The translations under genes and the position numbers were made by a program. Shown one piece after another: positions 7,655 through 16,955 of a stretch of DNA of 64,000 bases (position 1 is its first letter; every line of letters starts with the position of its first letter). The notes under the pieces were generated by a model. It worked only from the letters and a program-made list of their open reading frames with translations. It was not told the DNA's origin and searched no databases. This stretch comes from Candidatus Nomurabacteria bacterium RIFCSPHIGHO2_01_FULL_37_25 (GTDB lineage Bacteria; Patescibacteriota; Minisyncoccia; Phycocordibacterales; UBA9973), in the NCBI GenBank assembly GCA_001786765.1, contig MFTH01000013.1, positions 19,974 through 83,973 of the forward strand, in the 5' to 3' direction.

Positions 7655-10450
7655 ATGCCAATGCTCGAAATAAAAAAAAGAAATGGGAATATTGTTCCTT
7701 TTGATGTAGAAAAAATTACTGCCGCAATGGGTAAAGCATTTATCGCATCAAATCAACCTCTCCCTAAGGATACACTGCTAGATATAACCAAAGATATTGT
7801 TCGAACTTTGGAAGACCAATTCCCTGAACAAGTTCCTTCTGTAGAACACGTGCAAGATCTTGTTGAACTCGCTCTTATGAAAGCTGGGTTTCTTGATGTC
7901 GCAAAGAATTACATTGTTTATCGTTATGAACACACTAAAATACGCGCCGAGAAGAAACAGGAATTCTTAGAAAAAGTAGAAACCAAAGGATTTGTCGTAC
8001 ATACCCGAGACGGAAGCAAAGAACTCTTTTCTGAAAAAAAAGTTCGCGAAACACTTGCGGTGTTTATAAAGGGATATGAATCTATAATAGATATTGATCT
8101 AGTCCTCACCCAACTTAAACATGATCTTTACGAAGGTATCACAACGGACGAAATATCACGATCGCTGACGCTTGTCATGCGCTCGATGATTGAACGCGAT
8201 CCAGCATATTCAAAAATTGCGGCGCGAATGCTTATGGACAGAATATATGCAGATGTCTTTGGTCATGGATACAATACTGCTCAACTTAAAGAAGAGCATT
8301 CAAAAATATTCGCGCGCAATATCAAAGATGCAGTTGCGCGCAATCTGCTTGATGCTCGGATGCTTGATTTTGATCTTATAAAACTTGGCAGTGCGTTACA
8401 ATTAGAAAATGATGATCTTTTTGAATACATGGGGCTTGAGATTCTCGCTTCTCGCTACTGTTTAGAAGATCTGGACGCAAAAAAACCGTTTGAAACTCCA
8501 CAGATGTTTTGGATGCGTATTGCTATGGGACTTTCACTCAATGAGCCTGAGAAAACAAAGATAAAAACAACCCTTGAGTTCTATGATGTGTTGTCGAATT
8601 TCTACTACACCCCTGGCGGTCGCACGCTCTTTCAATCAGGCGCGGTAAAAGCTCAACTCTCTAACTGCTTTTTGAATGTTGTGCCGGACTCGCTTGACTC
8701 TATATTCAAATCTTTTTCTGATAACGCGCAATACCTAAAATGGTCAGGCGGTACAGGAACAGCCTGGAGCAAAGTTCGAGCAACAGGGTCTTTCATTAAA
8801 GGTACAGGTGTGGGAAGCCAAGGGGTAGTTCCATTTCTCAAAATCGCAAATGACATCAATACCGCAATTAATCGTTCCGGCAAGCGACGTGGCGCTGGTT
8901 GCGTGTACCTAGAAACGTGGCATCTTGATATTGAAGATTTTCTTGAGCTTCGTAAAAATACAGGAGACGAGCGACGTCGAACTCACGACATAAACACCGC
9001 TAATTGGGTTCCGGACCTCTTTATGAAGCGTGTGCGCGAAGGGGGCGAATGGACGCTTTTCTCGCCTTCAGATACTCCCGATTTACCAGAACTTTATGGT
9101 AAAGCGTTTGAAGAACAATATAAAAAATATGAAGCAATGGTTGAGCGCGGAGAAATCAAACTCTACAAACGCATCTCTGCGGCTGACCTTTGGAAAAAAA
9201 TGCTAGCCATGTTGTTTGAAACTGGACATCCTTGGATTACCTGGAAAGACCCAAGCAATATCCGAAGTCCACAAGACCACGCAGGAGTAATTCATAATTC
9301 AAATCTCTGTACGGAAATAACCCTCAATACGAGCGAAGATGAAACCGCTGTTTGCACTATTGGATCATTGAACTTTGCAAAATTTGTTAACAACGGGAAA
9401 TTTGATACACATCTCATAAGTCGAGTGACAGAGACGGCAATGCGAATGCTCGATAATGTTATTGACCTAAACTATTATCCAACCGAAGATGCAAAACGCG
9501 GAAATATGCGCCATCGTCCGGTGGCTTTGGGTATCCGCGGTTATCATGATGCATTATACCTTCTCGGCATTCATTTTGATTCAGGAGAAGCGCTTGATTT
9601 TGCGGACGAAAGCATGGAAATCGTCGCATATAATGCCATACTTGCCTCAAGTAAACTCGCCAAAGAAAAAGGAACTTATGAAACATATAAAGGTTCTAAA
9701 TGGGATCGAAACATCTTTCCCCAAGACACCATTGCATTACTTGCGGAAGAACGCGGAGAAGAAGTGCCTCTTCCGAAGAGCGGAAAACTAGATTGGACTC
9801 CCGTGCGTGAACACGTTAAGAAATACGGCATGCGCAATTCAAATACAATGGCAATAGCTCCGACTGCTTCAACAGCGAATTTGGTCGGATGCATTCCATG
9901 TGTAGAACCAATCTACAAAAACATCTATGTGAAATCTAATAAAGAGGGCGATTTTGTGGTCGTAAATAAATATCTAGTTCAAGATTTGAAAACGCTAAAT
10001 CTTTGGAATGACGACATCTTAAATAAAATTAAATATGCTGATGGTAGTATTCAGGAAATTGCGGAGATTCCAACCGACTTGAAAAGAAAATACAAGGAAG
10101 TTTTTGAAATTGAGGGACGTTGGCTAATTGAAGCGGCCGCCAGAAGAGGCCGTTGGATGGATCAATCACAATCCCTTAATATTTTTTATTCTGGCAATTC
10201 AGGTCGTGAACTATCAGAGTTATATTTCCTTGCTTGGAAGTTGGGACTAAAAACAACATATTACCTGCGTACTCTAGGCGCTTCACAAGTCGAAAAAGCA
10301 AGTATCTCGACTGCAGAGTTCGGCGCAACCCATACAAGACAAAAAGTGGTTATCCCAACAGAATCTCCTAAATCAAAAATTGATCCAGCTTTTCTTGCTA
10401 AAGTCGCTATGGGAGAAACAGTCGGTATATGTGAATCGTGCGAAGGATAA
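7655..10450 (+). CDS. nrdA: Ribonucleoside-diphosphate reductase alpha subunit (class Ia, with N-terminal ATP-cone)
   Basis: ATP-cone-like N-terminus (LEIKKRNGNIVPFDVEKI). Class I active-site motif NSNLCTEITL…AVCTIGSLNF. C-terminal Cys pair …CESCEG. The extension in ORF 7586 upstream of Met at 7655 is non-coding-like. Confidence 0.9.
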   Translation: MPMLEIKKRNGNIVPFDVEKITAAMGKAFIASNQPLPKDTLLDITKDIVRTLEDQFPEQVPSVEHVQDLVELALMKAGFLDVAKNYIVYRYEHTKIRAEKKQEFLEKVETKGFVVHTRDGSKELFSEKKVRETLAVFIKGYESIIDIDLVLTQLKHDLYEGITTDEISRSLTLVMRSMIERDPAYSKIAARMLMDRIYADVFGHGYNTAQLKEEHSKIFARNIKDAVARNLLDARMLDFDLIKLGSALQLENDDLFEYMGLEILASRYCLEDLDAKKPFETPQMFWMRIAMGLSLNEPEKTKIKTTLEFYDVLSNFYYTPGGRTLFQSGAVKAQLSNCFLNVVPDSLDSIFKSFSDNAQYLKWSGGTGTAWSKVRATGSFIKGTGVGSQGVVPFLKIANDINTAINRSGKRRGAGCVYLETWHLDIEDFLELRKNTGDERRRTHDINTANWVPDLFMKRVREGGEWTLFSPSDTPDLPELYGKAFEEQYKKYEAMVERGEIKLYKRISAADLWKKMLAMLFETGHPWITWKDPSNIRSPQDHAGVIHNSNLCTEITLNTSEDETAVCTIGSLNFAKFVNNGKFDTHLISRVTETAMRMLDNVIDLNYYPTEDAKRGNMRHRPVALGIRGYHDALYLLGIHFDSGEALDFADESMEIVAYNAILASSKLAKEKGTYETYKGSKWDRNIFPQDTIALLAEERGEEVPLPKSGKLDWTPVREHVKKYGMRNSNTMAIAPTASTANLVGCIPCVEPIYKNIYVKSNKEGDFVVVNKYLVQDLKTLNLWNDDILNKIKYADGSIQEIAEIPTDLKRKYKEVFEIEGRWLIEAAARRGRWMDQSQSLNIFYSGNSGRELSELYFLAWKLGLKTTYYLRTLGASQVEKASISTAEFGATHTRQKVVIPTESPKSKIDPAFLAKVAMGETVGICESCEG

Positions 10451-10461
10451 CAACAATAAAT

Positions 10462-11496
10462 ATGCCTATTACTAAAGGAGCAAAAGCAGTTGATATAAAC
10501 AAGCGCAAGATAATAAATGGCGACGATGCGGATGTCGTCCAGCTTTATCCTATGCGCCATACATTTGCCTGGGACGCTTATATGGTAGGAAATTCAAATC
10601 ATTGGCTCCCGACCGAAATTTCAATGCAACGCGATATCGAACAATGGAAGAGTCGTGATGTTTTAACAGACGACGAACGCAAAGCTTTTGAAACTGTTCT
10701 CGGTTTCTTTACAACTGCTGACTCTATCGCCGCAAATAATGTGGTGTTAGCTCTCTATAAACACATAACAAGTCCCGAGTGTCGCATGTATCTTTTACGC
10801 CAAGGATACGAAGAAGCAATCCATACGCATGCCTATCAATATATCGTTGAATCTTTGGGTATGGACGAAGCTCGTATCTTCAATATGTATCGTAATGTTG
10901 AAGCCATTTACAACAAAGATAACCTTGTGCTGAATCTCAATGAGGGTATATTTGACCCTATGTTCAAAACAGGCACCTTTGAAAATGATCAGAAATTTCT
11001 TGAGAACCTTTGTGTTTTCTCTCTCATCCTTGAAGGAATTTTCTTCTATTCTTCTTTTGCTGTTATGTTCGGTTTTCAACGTCAAAATAAACTGACAGGA
11101 AGCGCTGAACAAATTCAGTACATTATGCGCGACGAATCACAGCACCTTAATTTTGGCATCAATATGATTAATACCATTAAAAAAGAACAACCAGAATTAT
11201 GGACAAAAGAATTCGAACGTCGCATCATTGAACTTGTAAAGCGAGCTGTGGTGCTTGAATACACCTTTGCAACCGAAGTTTTTCCTAGAGGCATTTTTGG
11301 TATGAACGCAGAAGGCTTCAAAAAATACATAGAGCACATCGCTGACCGTCGTCTTGAAAGAGTGGGGCTTCCCCCTCAGTATAATGTTGAGAATCCTTTC
11401 CCATGGATGAGCGAAATGATAGACCTTAATAAAGAGAAAAATTTCTTTGAGACGCGCGTGACGGAATATAAAACAGGAGGAACTTTAGATTGGTAG
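10462..11496 (+). CDS. nrdB: Ribonucleoside-diphosphate reductase beta subunit (diiron / tyrosyl radical)
   Basis: Ferritin-like diiron motifs (…EEAIHTHAYQYI…, …FYSSFAVMFGFQ…, …RDESQHLNFG…). Follows nrdA with an overlap. Confidence 0.9.
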   Translation: MPITKGAKAVDINKRKIINGDDADVVQLYPMRHTFAWDAYMVGNSNHWLPTEISMQRDIEQWKSRDVLTDDERKAFETVLGFFTTADSIAANNVVLALYKHITSPECRMYLLRQGYEEAIHTHAYQYIVESLGMDEARIFNMYRNVEAIYNKDNLVLNLNEGIFDPMFKTGTFENDQKFLENLCVFSLILEGIFFYSSFAVMFGFQRQNKLTGSAEQIQYIMRDESQHLNFGINMINTIKKEQPELWTKEFERRIIELVKRAVVLEYTFATEVFPRGIFGMNAEGFKKYIEHIADRRLERVGLPPQYNVENPFPWMSEMIDLNKEKNFFETRVTEYKTGGTLDW

Positions 11497-11500
11497 CGGA

Positions 11501-12154
11501 ATGAACATAAAAATTCTATACGAAGATCCTAATATTTTAGCCATAGATAAACTTTCAGGTATTTTGGCGCATCCTGATAAAAGGAGCGAGGAAAAAACTA
11601 TTTTTGATTTGTTTGTAAAAAAATATCCTAAATTAGAAATAGTACATCGTTTAGACAGAGACACATCCGGCGTAATGCTTCTGGCCAAAAATAAAAAAGC
11701 TCACGAGTTTTTAAAAAAACAATTCTCTAGCAGAGAAATAAAAAAAATCTATCATGCTATAGTTTCCGGGTCTATAAAAAATGACCACGGAATAATAAAC
11801 AAACCGATTGGACGCAGTCCAACGGATTTTCGTCGCAGACTAGCTGGCAGAGGGGCAAGAGGAGAATTACGCGAAGCAATTACTGAATATAAAGTTTTGA
11901 AACATTTTAAAAATTTTAGTTATCTGGAGATAAAACCTAAAACAGGCCGAACTCACCAAATCCGTGTGCATATGAAGTACATAAATCATCCCATTATCTG
12001 CGACTTACTATATAATCCCAGCGGTCTTTGTCCAAAAGATATTTCGCGTATGGCGCTTCACGCCAAGTCCATAGAGTTTAAAAACTTAAAAAACAAAACC
12101 ACAAAAGTAGAATCGCCGCTACCTAAAGAATTCAAAAAGATGCTAAAATCATAG
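11501..12154 (+). CDS. Pseudouridine synthase, RluA family
   Basis: HRLDRDTSGVMLLAKN catalytic motif; …THQIRVHM… C-terminal motif. Confidence 0.85.
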   Translation: MNIKILYEDPNILAIDKLSGILAHPDKRSEEKTIFDLFVKKYPKLEIVHRLDRDTSGVMLLAKNKKAHEFLKKQFSSREIKKIYHAIVSGSIKNDHGIINKPIGRSPTDFRRRLAGRGARGELREAITEYKVLKHFKNFSYLEIKPKTGRTHQIRVHMKYINHPIICDLLYNPSGLCPKDISRMALHAKSIEFKNLKNKTTKVESPLPKEFKKMLKS

Positions 12155-12155
12155 A

Positions 12156-13859
12156 ATGAAGCCAGAGACTAAAAATTGCCAAAACTGTAAAAAGGATTTT
12201 ACTATTGAGCCAGAAGATTTTAATTTTTATGAAAAAATAAAAGTTCCCCCACCCTCTTGGTGTCCAGAGTGTAGAATGATTCGACGGTTTGCAGCAGTGA
12301 ACACTCTTTGTCTATTTTATCGAAATTGTGATAAGTGCAACAAACGCACCCTTTCAATGATTTCTCCGGAAGAAAAAATAAAAGTATTTTGTCAGCCATG
12401 CTGGTGGGCGGATGATTGGGATGGTAGTGAATATGAAATGGAATATGATCCGACGCGTACATTTCTTTCTCAATTAAAAGAACTCTCACTCAAAACTCCT
12501 TATCCGGCTTTGGAATCATCGTATTTAACCCTAAAAAATTGTGATTATTGCAATGCTCTGGCTTACTCCAAAGATTGTTCTTTGATTTTCTGGGCAGATT
12601 ATTGCGAATCAGTTTTTTATTCTTCTATTTTGAATGGATTAAAATGGAGCGCTGACTGTCTAAGAGGATGGAAATCTGAATTATGTTACGAATCGACAGG
12701 ATTTATCCGTAGTTATCGGACTTTCTTTTCTGAGGATTTTGATGATTGTGTAGATGTATGGTTTTCTCGTAATTGTTACGGTTGTATAAATTGTGTGGGG
12801 TGTGTTAATCTAAGAGGCGCTAAATATCAGATTTTTAATGTTCAGTATTCTAAAGAAGAATATGCAAAAAAACTTAAAGAATTTGGTTTTGACTCATGGA
12901 AAAAACTTAAAGAATTTGATAAAAAGGCGCGTGAATTTTGGTTGACTAAGCCGTATCGTGAATTTCACGGCAATGCGTTTAACTTGAATGTTACGGGCGA
13001 GCATATCTATGTTTCTAAAAATTCTAAAGAATGTTTTATTTTAAATGGCGCTGAAAATTGTAAATGGTGTCAGTTAGTAACCGTGGATGGTTCCAAGGAT
13101 TGTATGGATTATTCTGGCTGGGGGCACAATGCTGAACTTATCTATGAATCTGCCAGTGTTGGGGAAGGAGTCAGTAATGTAAAATTCTCCGCGCTTTGTT
13201 TTCCAGACGTAGCTAATTCTGAATACTGTATATTTAGTATCGCCGGAAAATATAATTTTGGTTGCGCAAATTTAAAACGCAAAAAATATTCTATTTTAAA
13301 CAAACAATATAGCAAAGAAGACTATGAAATTTTGCGGGAAAAAATAATTATGGATATGAAAAAGAACCCATATGTAGATAACCTTGGCCGAGTTTGGTCT
13401 TATGGAGAATTTCCGCAAATAATTTTTGGAATATTTCCTTATAATAAGTCCAATGCTATGCGATTTTTCCCTAAAACAAAAGAACAAGCCTTGAGTGAGG
13501 GTTACAGATGGGATGATGCGGAAAATCCTATTTATCCAATCACGATAAAATCCACAAATTTACCTGACACAATACAGGAAACCAATGATTTAATTTTAAA
13601 TGAAGTAATAGAATGTATGACTTGTGCTAGGTCCTTTAGAATAATCAAGGGTGAATTAGAAGTACTGCGCAAGATGGGTTTGCCAGTACCACATGAATGC
13701 CCAAAATGCAGAGAAAATAGAAGATTTGAGCGGATGAATGGGCCGGGTATGTATCATCGCCAGTGCGCTAAATGTAATTTATCTATTTATACCCCATATG
13801 ATTCCAAGCGACCTGAAATTGTGTATTGCGTAAAATGCTATCAGCAAGAATTTATCTAA
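12156..13859 (+). CDS. Cys-rich zinc-ribbon repeat protein of unknown function (567 aa)
   Basis: The N-terminus CQNCKKDF.I…DFNFYEKIKVPPPSWCPECRMIRR…CDKC…VFCQPCWWADDWD is mirrored by a C-terminal copy CMTCARSF.I…LRKMGLPVPHECPKCRENRR…CAKC…VYCVKCYQQEF. Several internal NCxxC… units and a duplicated KYxI.N.QYSKE(E/D)Y segment. About 45 Cys in total. Confidence 0.7.
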   Translation: MKPETKNCQNCKKDFTIEPEDFNFYEKIKVPPPSWCPECRMIRRFAAVNTLCLFYRNCDKCNKRTLSMISPEEKIKVFCQPCWWADDWDGSEYEMEYDPTRTFLSQLKELSLKTPYPALESSYLTLKNCDYCNALAYSKDCSLIFWADYCESVFYSSILNGLKWSADCLRGWKSELCYESTGFIRSYRTFFSEDFDDCVDVWFSRNCYGCINCVGCVNLRGAKYQIFNVQYSKEEYAKKLKEFGFDSWKKLKEFDKKAREFWLTKPYREFHGNAFNLNVTGEHIYVSKNSKECFILNGAENCKWCQLVTVDGSKDCMDYSGWGHNAELIYESASVGEGVSNVKFSALCFPDVANSEYCIFSIAGKYNFGCANLKRKKYSILNKQYSKEDYEILREKIIMDMKKNPYVDNLGRVWSYGEFPQIIFGIFPYNKSNAMRFFPKTKEQALSEGYRWDDAENPIYPITIKSTNLPDTIQETNDLILNEVIECMTCARSFRIIKGELEVLRKMGLPVPHECPKCRENRRFERMNGPGMYHRQCAKCNLSIYTPYDSKRPEIVYCVKCYQQEFI

Positions 13860-13901
13860 TTGCCTTTATGGGGCTTTTATGTTAAAGTACTTTTTACTAA
13901 C

Positions 13902-14354
13902 ATGAATATAAAAACAACTAATATAAAATTTAGTCCAGTAGATATGGAGGCTCGTAAAAAACTTGATTTCAAATCTGGAGATACAGTCTTCGTTTGGTCA
14001 AAAATTTTAGAAGAAAAAAATGAACAAAAGGGCAAAAAGAAAAATGATTCTAAAAAAAATGAAGCTGGTAAATTCAGACTGCAGGCTTTTGAGGGTATCG
14101 TACTTGCGAGAAAGCATGGGAGAGAGATAGGAGCCACTTTTACTGTAAGGAAAATAGCTTCTGGTGTTGGAGTTGAAAGAATTTTTCCGCTTTATTCTCC
14201 AATGATAGATAAAATTGAAATAACTAAAAGGTCTCGCGCTCGCAGATCAAAACTTTATTATATTCGCGCAAAAGCAGTCAAAGATGTTCGCAATAAAATG
14301 CGTTCTTTCACTAACCAAGAAGAGAAGGTGGACGAAAACTCTCCTCAAGCGTAA
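13902..14354 (+). CDS. rplS: 50S ribosomal protein L19 (with a Lys-rich insertion)
   Basis: GDTVFVWSKI…FEGIVLARKHGREIGATFTVRKIASGVGVERIFPLYSPMIDKIEI…RAKLYYIR matches L19. An extra KNEQKGKKKNDSKKNEAG insert is present. Confidence 0.85.
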   Translation: MNIKTTNIKFSPVDMEARKKLDFKSGDTVFVWSKILEEKNEQKGKKKNDSKKNEAGKFRLQAFEGIVLARKHGREIGATFTVRKIASGVGVERIFPLYSPMIDKIEITKRSRARRSKLYYIRAKAVKDVRNKMRSFTNQEEKVDENSPQA

Positions 14355-14404
14355 TTTTGCGAAAAGTTATGCTTACAAAGAACTTTAATATATAATTTTA
14401 GTAT

Positions 14405-14490
14405 GCGCGGGTGGCGAAACTGGTAGACGCACTACCTTGAGGTGGTAACGCTCGCAAGGGCATGGAGGTTCAAATCCTCTCCCGCGCACC
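14405..14490 (+). tRNA. tRNA-Leu (anticodon GAG), long variable arm, CCA not encoded
   Basis: GCGCGGG acceptor pairing with CCCGCGC. Anticodon loop UU-GAG-GU. Variable hairpin GCTC-GCAA-GGGC. T-loop TTCAAAT. Discriminator A. Confidence 0.8.
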
Positions 14491-14650
14491 TATTTTCAAA
14501 ATTGCTGATGTCGCGCGTAGCGTGGCAAAACTGAAATTTAACCGCCAATCCTATTAAGAGTTGTCCCTGCCCTCCCAGCGCGCGGACAACATCTTGCGTT
14601 GGACAAGACTTTAGGTTGACACTTTTTTTTATTAATATACACTTGCTTTT

Positions 14651-14977
14651 ATGAAGCTCGGCATCATCTTACAATCCAACAAACCCGAACACGCGTGGAA
14701 TACGTTCCGCCTCGGAATTACCGCGCTCAAAGCTAATCACCAAGTCGAAATCTTTTTGATGAGCGAAGGGTCAGAACTGGATACCGTTCCGGACACTAAA
14801 GATTTTGATATCGCGGCAAAAGTCGCCGAGTTCAAGACCTTGAAAGGCGCGATATACGCGTGTGGCTCTTGTCTTAAAGTTCGTGGTAAAGAAGAAAGCA
14901 AAATTTGTCCCATTTCCACAATGTCCGACTTGCTCAAAATGGTCGAGAATTCGGATAAGGTTTTAGTATTTGGCTAA
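14651..14977 (+). CDS. DsrE/DsrF-like (YchN-like) family protein
   Basis: 108 aa. MKLGIILQSNKPEHAWNTFRLGITA…AIYACGSCLKVRG has the fold-typical conserved Cys. GC is about 48% against roughly 33% in the surrounding sequence. Confidence 0.6.
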   Translation: MKLGIILQSNKPEHAWNTFRLGITALKANHQVEIFLMSEGSELDTVPDTKDFDIAAKVAEFKTLKGAIYACGSCLKVRGKEESKICPISTMSDLLKMVENSDKVLVFG

Positions 14978-14989
14978 ATAAAAAACACT

Positions 14990-15730
14990 ATGAAAAAACT
15001 TATTTTCACAATTCTTGCGACAATCATAATCGGTTCGTTTGCCACAACCGCAAACGCGCAAATGATGGGCGCCCGCCTGCCGGACGGGCAGGGATTTTCT
15101 AATTCTTCGGCGGATTGGGACGCAGTCGTTGAACACACGCTCCGCGAAGAACAAGAAGGCAAAGAGCTTTGGAGTAAACTGCAATCCAAAGAAGTCGTCT
15201 GTGCCGATTTAAATGATGAGCAATATGGAGTGCTTGGCGAGTATTTTATGGGTCAGATGTCGGGCGATTCTCACGCCGCCATGAACGCCATGATGATTCA
15301 AACACACGGTGAAGATGGCGAGGAACAAATCCATATCGTTATGGGCAAGCGACTCTCCGGATGTGAAACCTCGGCGACATTCCCTGCCGGAAGTGACGGC
15401 TGGATGCCGATGATGAACATGATGTGGGGAGGATGGTCTGCCTCGGCTACGCCTTGGCAAGACGGGTCGTCTCCTCTTGATAGCAATAACTCAATAAACA
15501 ATATGATGAATTTTGGATTCGGGCCATTTGGCTCTTTCGGCTGGATTTTTATGATTTTCTGGTGGGTCTTGATTATCGCGGGCATTGTCGCGCTTATCAA
15601 ATGGCTCACGAGCCAATCACACGACACGCACAATCACGAAAAATCCGCGCTTGATGTTCTAAAAGAACGATACGCCAAAGGCGAGATAGACAAGAAGGAA
15701 TTTGAGGATAAGAAAAAGGATTTGAGTTAA
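14990..15730 (+). CDS. Secreted/membrane Met-rich (MxxM/MMNMMWGGW) protein with a C-terminal SHOCT domain; putative metal (Cu) binding
   Basis: Signal peptide, Met/His-rich stretches and a TM helix. The C-terminus ALDVLKERYAKGEIDKKEFEDKKKDL matches the SHOCT motif. GC-rich relative to the genome. Confidence 0.55.
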   Translation: MKKLIFTILATIIIGSFATTANAQMMGARLPDGQGFSNSSADWDAVVEHTLREEQEGKELWSKLQSKEVVCADLNDEQYGVLGEYFMGQMSGDSHAAMNAMMIQTHGEDGEEQIHIVMGKRLSGCETSATFPAGSDGWMPMMNMMWGGWSASATPWQDGSSPLDSNNSINNMMNFGFGPFGSFGWIFMIFWWVLIIAGIVALIKWLTSQSHDTHNHEKSALDVLKERYAKGEIDKKEFEDKKKDLS

Positions 15731-15736
15731 GGAATA

Positions 15737-15877
15737 ATGCCGCCGCAAAAAATCCCGTCCGTCCTTTTAATTTTGATTGCTGAATTTTTGTGGTTTGTGA
15801 TTTTCCTTGTCATTTACTTCGCGCTCTTTCAATCGGGATTGACTTCCAACTTTTTTGGTGGTGAGGTAGTGTATTAA
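15737..15877 (+). CDS. Small hydrophobic ORF (46 aa) with an RBS, immediately after the SHOCT protein
   Basis: AAGGA is 6 nt upstream of the ATG. MPPQKIPSVLLILIAEFLWFVIFLVIYFALFQSG is a single TM helix. Below the ORF-track size cut-off. Confidence 0.3.
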   Translation: MPPQKIPSVLLILIAEFLWFVIFLVIYFALFQSGLTSNFFGGEVVY

Positions 15878-16035
15878 ATTTTTCGGTGTGCTAACTTTGT
15901 TGAGTGAATTTCGGCAATTTTAAAAATAGGTTGTGAGCTTAGTAAAATATAGGCCTCTAGAGCTAACTTTATTTAAAAAAAATAATTGCGAAAATACATA
16001 TTTTCAGCTATGATTTAGGGCACATACCGAGAATT

Positions 16036-16110
16036 GCCCTTGTAGTTCAATGGATAGAACGAAGCTCTTCTAAGGCTTTGATGTAGGTCCGATTCCTACC
16101 AGGGGCACCA
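16036..16110 (+). tRNA. tRNA-Arg (anticodon TCT), CCA encoded
   Basis: GCCCTTG acceptor with CAGGGGC. D-arm GTTC/GAAC. Anticodon loop CU-TCT-AA. T-arm GTAGG-TCCGATT-CCTAC. Discriminator A, then CCA. Confidence 0.8.
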
Positions 16111-16201
16111 AAATCTGACTTTCGGAAAATTGTAAATTACGTGTATTACACTACTCAAGCGAAGTCAAGCGAAAGTTAACTGGGAAATAACTAATAGCCT
16201 T

Positions 16202-16873
16202 CTACGGACTATAGTAAACTCGTATTTCTGCAATTTTTGCATTAGCATTGAAGTCTGATACTTTAATTTCTTTATTATGAAAATTTTTCTTAGAATCTAA
16301 AAGATCTTCTCTTTTCAAGAAAAATTGCGGGGTTGGTGCATTTATTGCTGTGTTAAGTATGAACTTTTCACCTTCTTCAGCCGTATACCAAAGCCTATAT
16401 TGAGGATATGCTTTTATAAAATCGGAGATAGTAGAGCCAACAGCAATACTTTTGTCAGTCCTAAATTCTGATGATTGTACTTTGATATCACCAATTTTAC
16501 CCAAACCCCAAACATTGAAAGTTAATAACTGTTTATCATTTTTGGAAACTACATAAATTTTTTGTGGGTGACCCTCAGGGTATATAGTTTTCTCTGTCAA
16601 TAAATATCCCTCTATTGAAAACGAATCCTGACTGGGTATTGGAGCATCGATTTTAAATACCCCTACCTGATCACGAGAGATATATCTCAAGATTTGAGCC
16701 GTTTCCTGTTTTGTAGTCACAGCTTGATCTTGTAAATCCTGAATTTGAATCTCTAATTTTTTCTGTTGTTGTTTATCTTGATAAACAACATACCCTCCGC
16801 CAACTACCCCTATACCTAAAACTACTAAAAGAATAATGACTAAAGGGGTGAAACCTTGATGTTGATATTTCAT
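16202..16873 (-). CDS. Hypothetical membrane-anchored protein
   Basis: N-terminal TM helix (PLVIILLVVLGIGVVGGGYVVY), a Gln-rich coiled segment, then a beta-rich domain. No recognisable motif. Confidence 0.4.
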   Translation of the reverse strand: MKYQHQGFTPLVIILLVVLGIGVVGGGYVVYQDKQQQKKLEIQIQDLQDQAVTTKQETAQILRYISRDQVGVFKIDAPIPSQDSFSIEGYLLTEKTIYPEGHPQKIYVVSKNDKQLLTFNVWGLGKIGDIKVQSSEFRTDKSIAVGSTISDFIKAYPQYRLWYTAEEGEKFILNTAINAPTPQFFLKREDLLDSKKNFHNKEIKVSDFNANAKIAEIRVYYSP

Positions 16874-16955
16874 ATGTTAATAACTATACAACAAAAGAAA
16901 AAAGTTATCTACTCCTTTTTTAAACTTCGCGCAAATGCTATAATAACACCAACAA

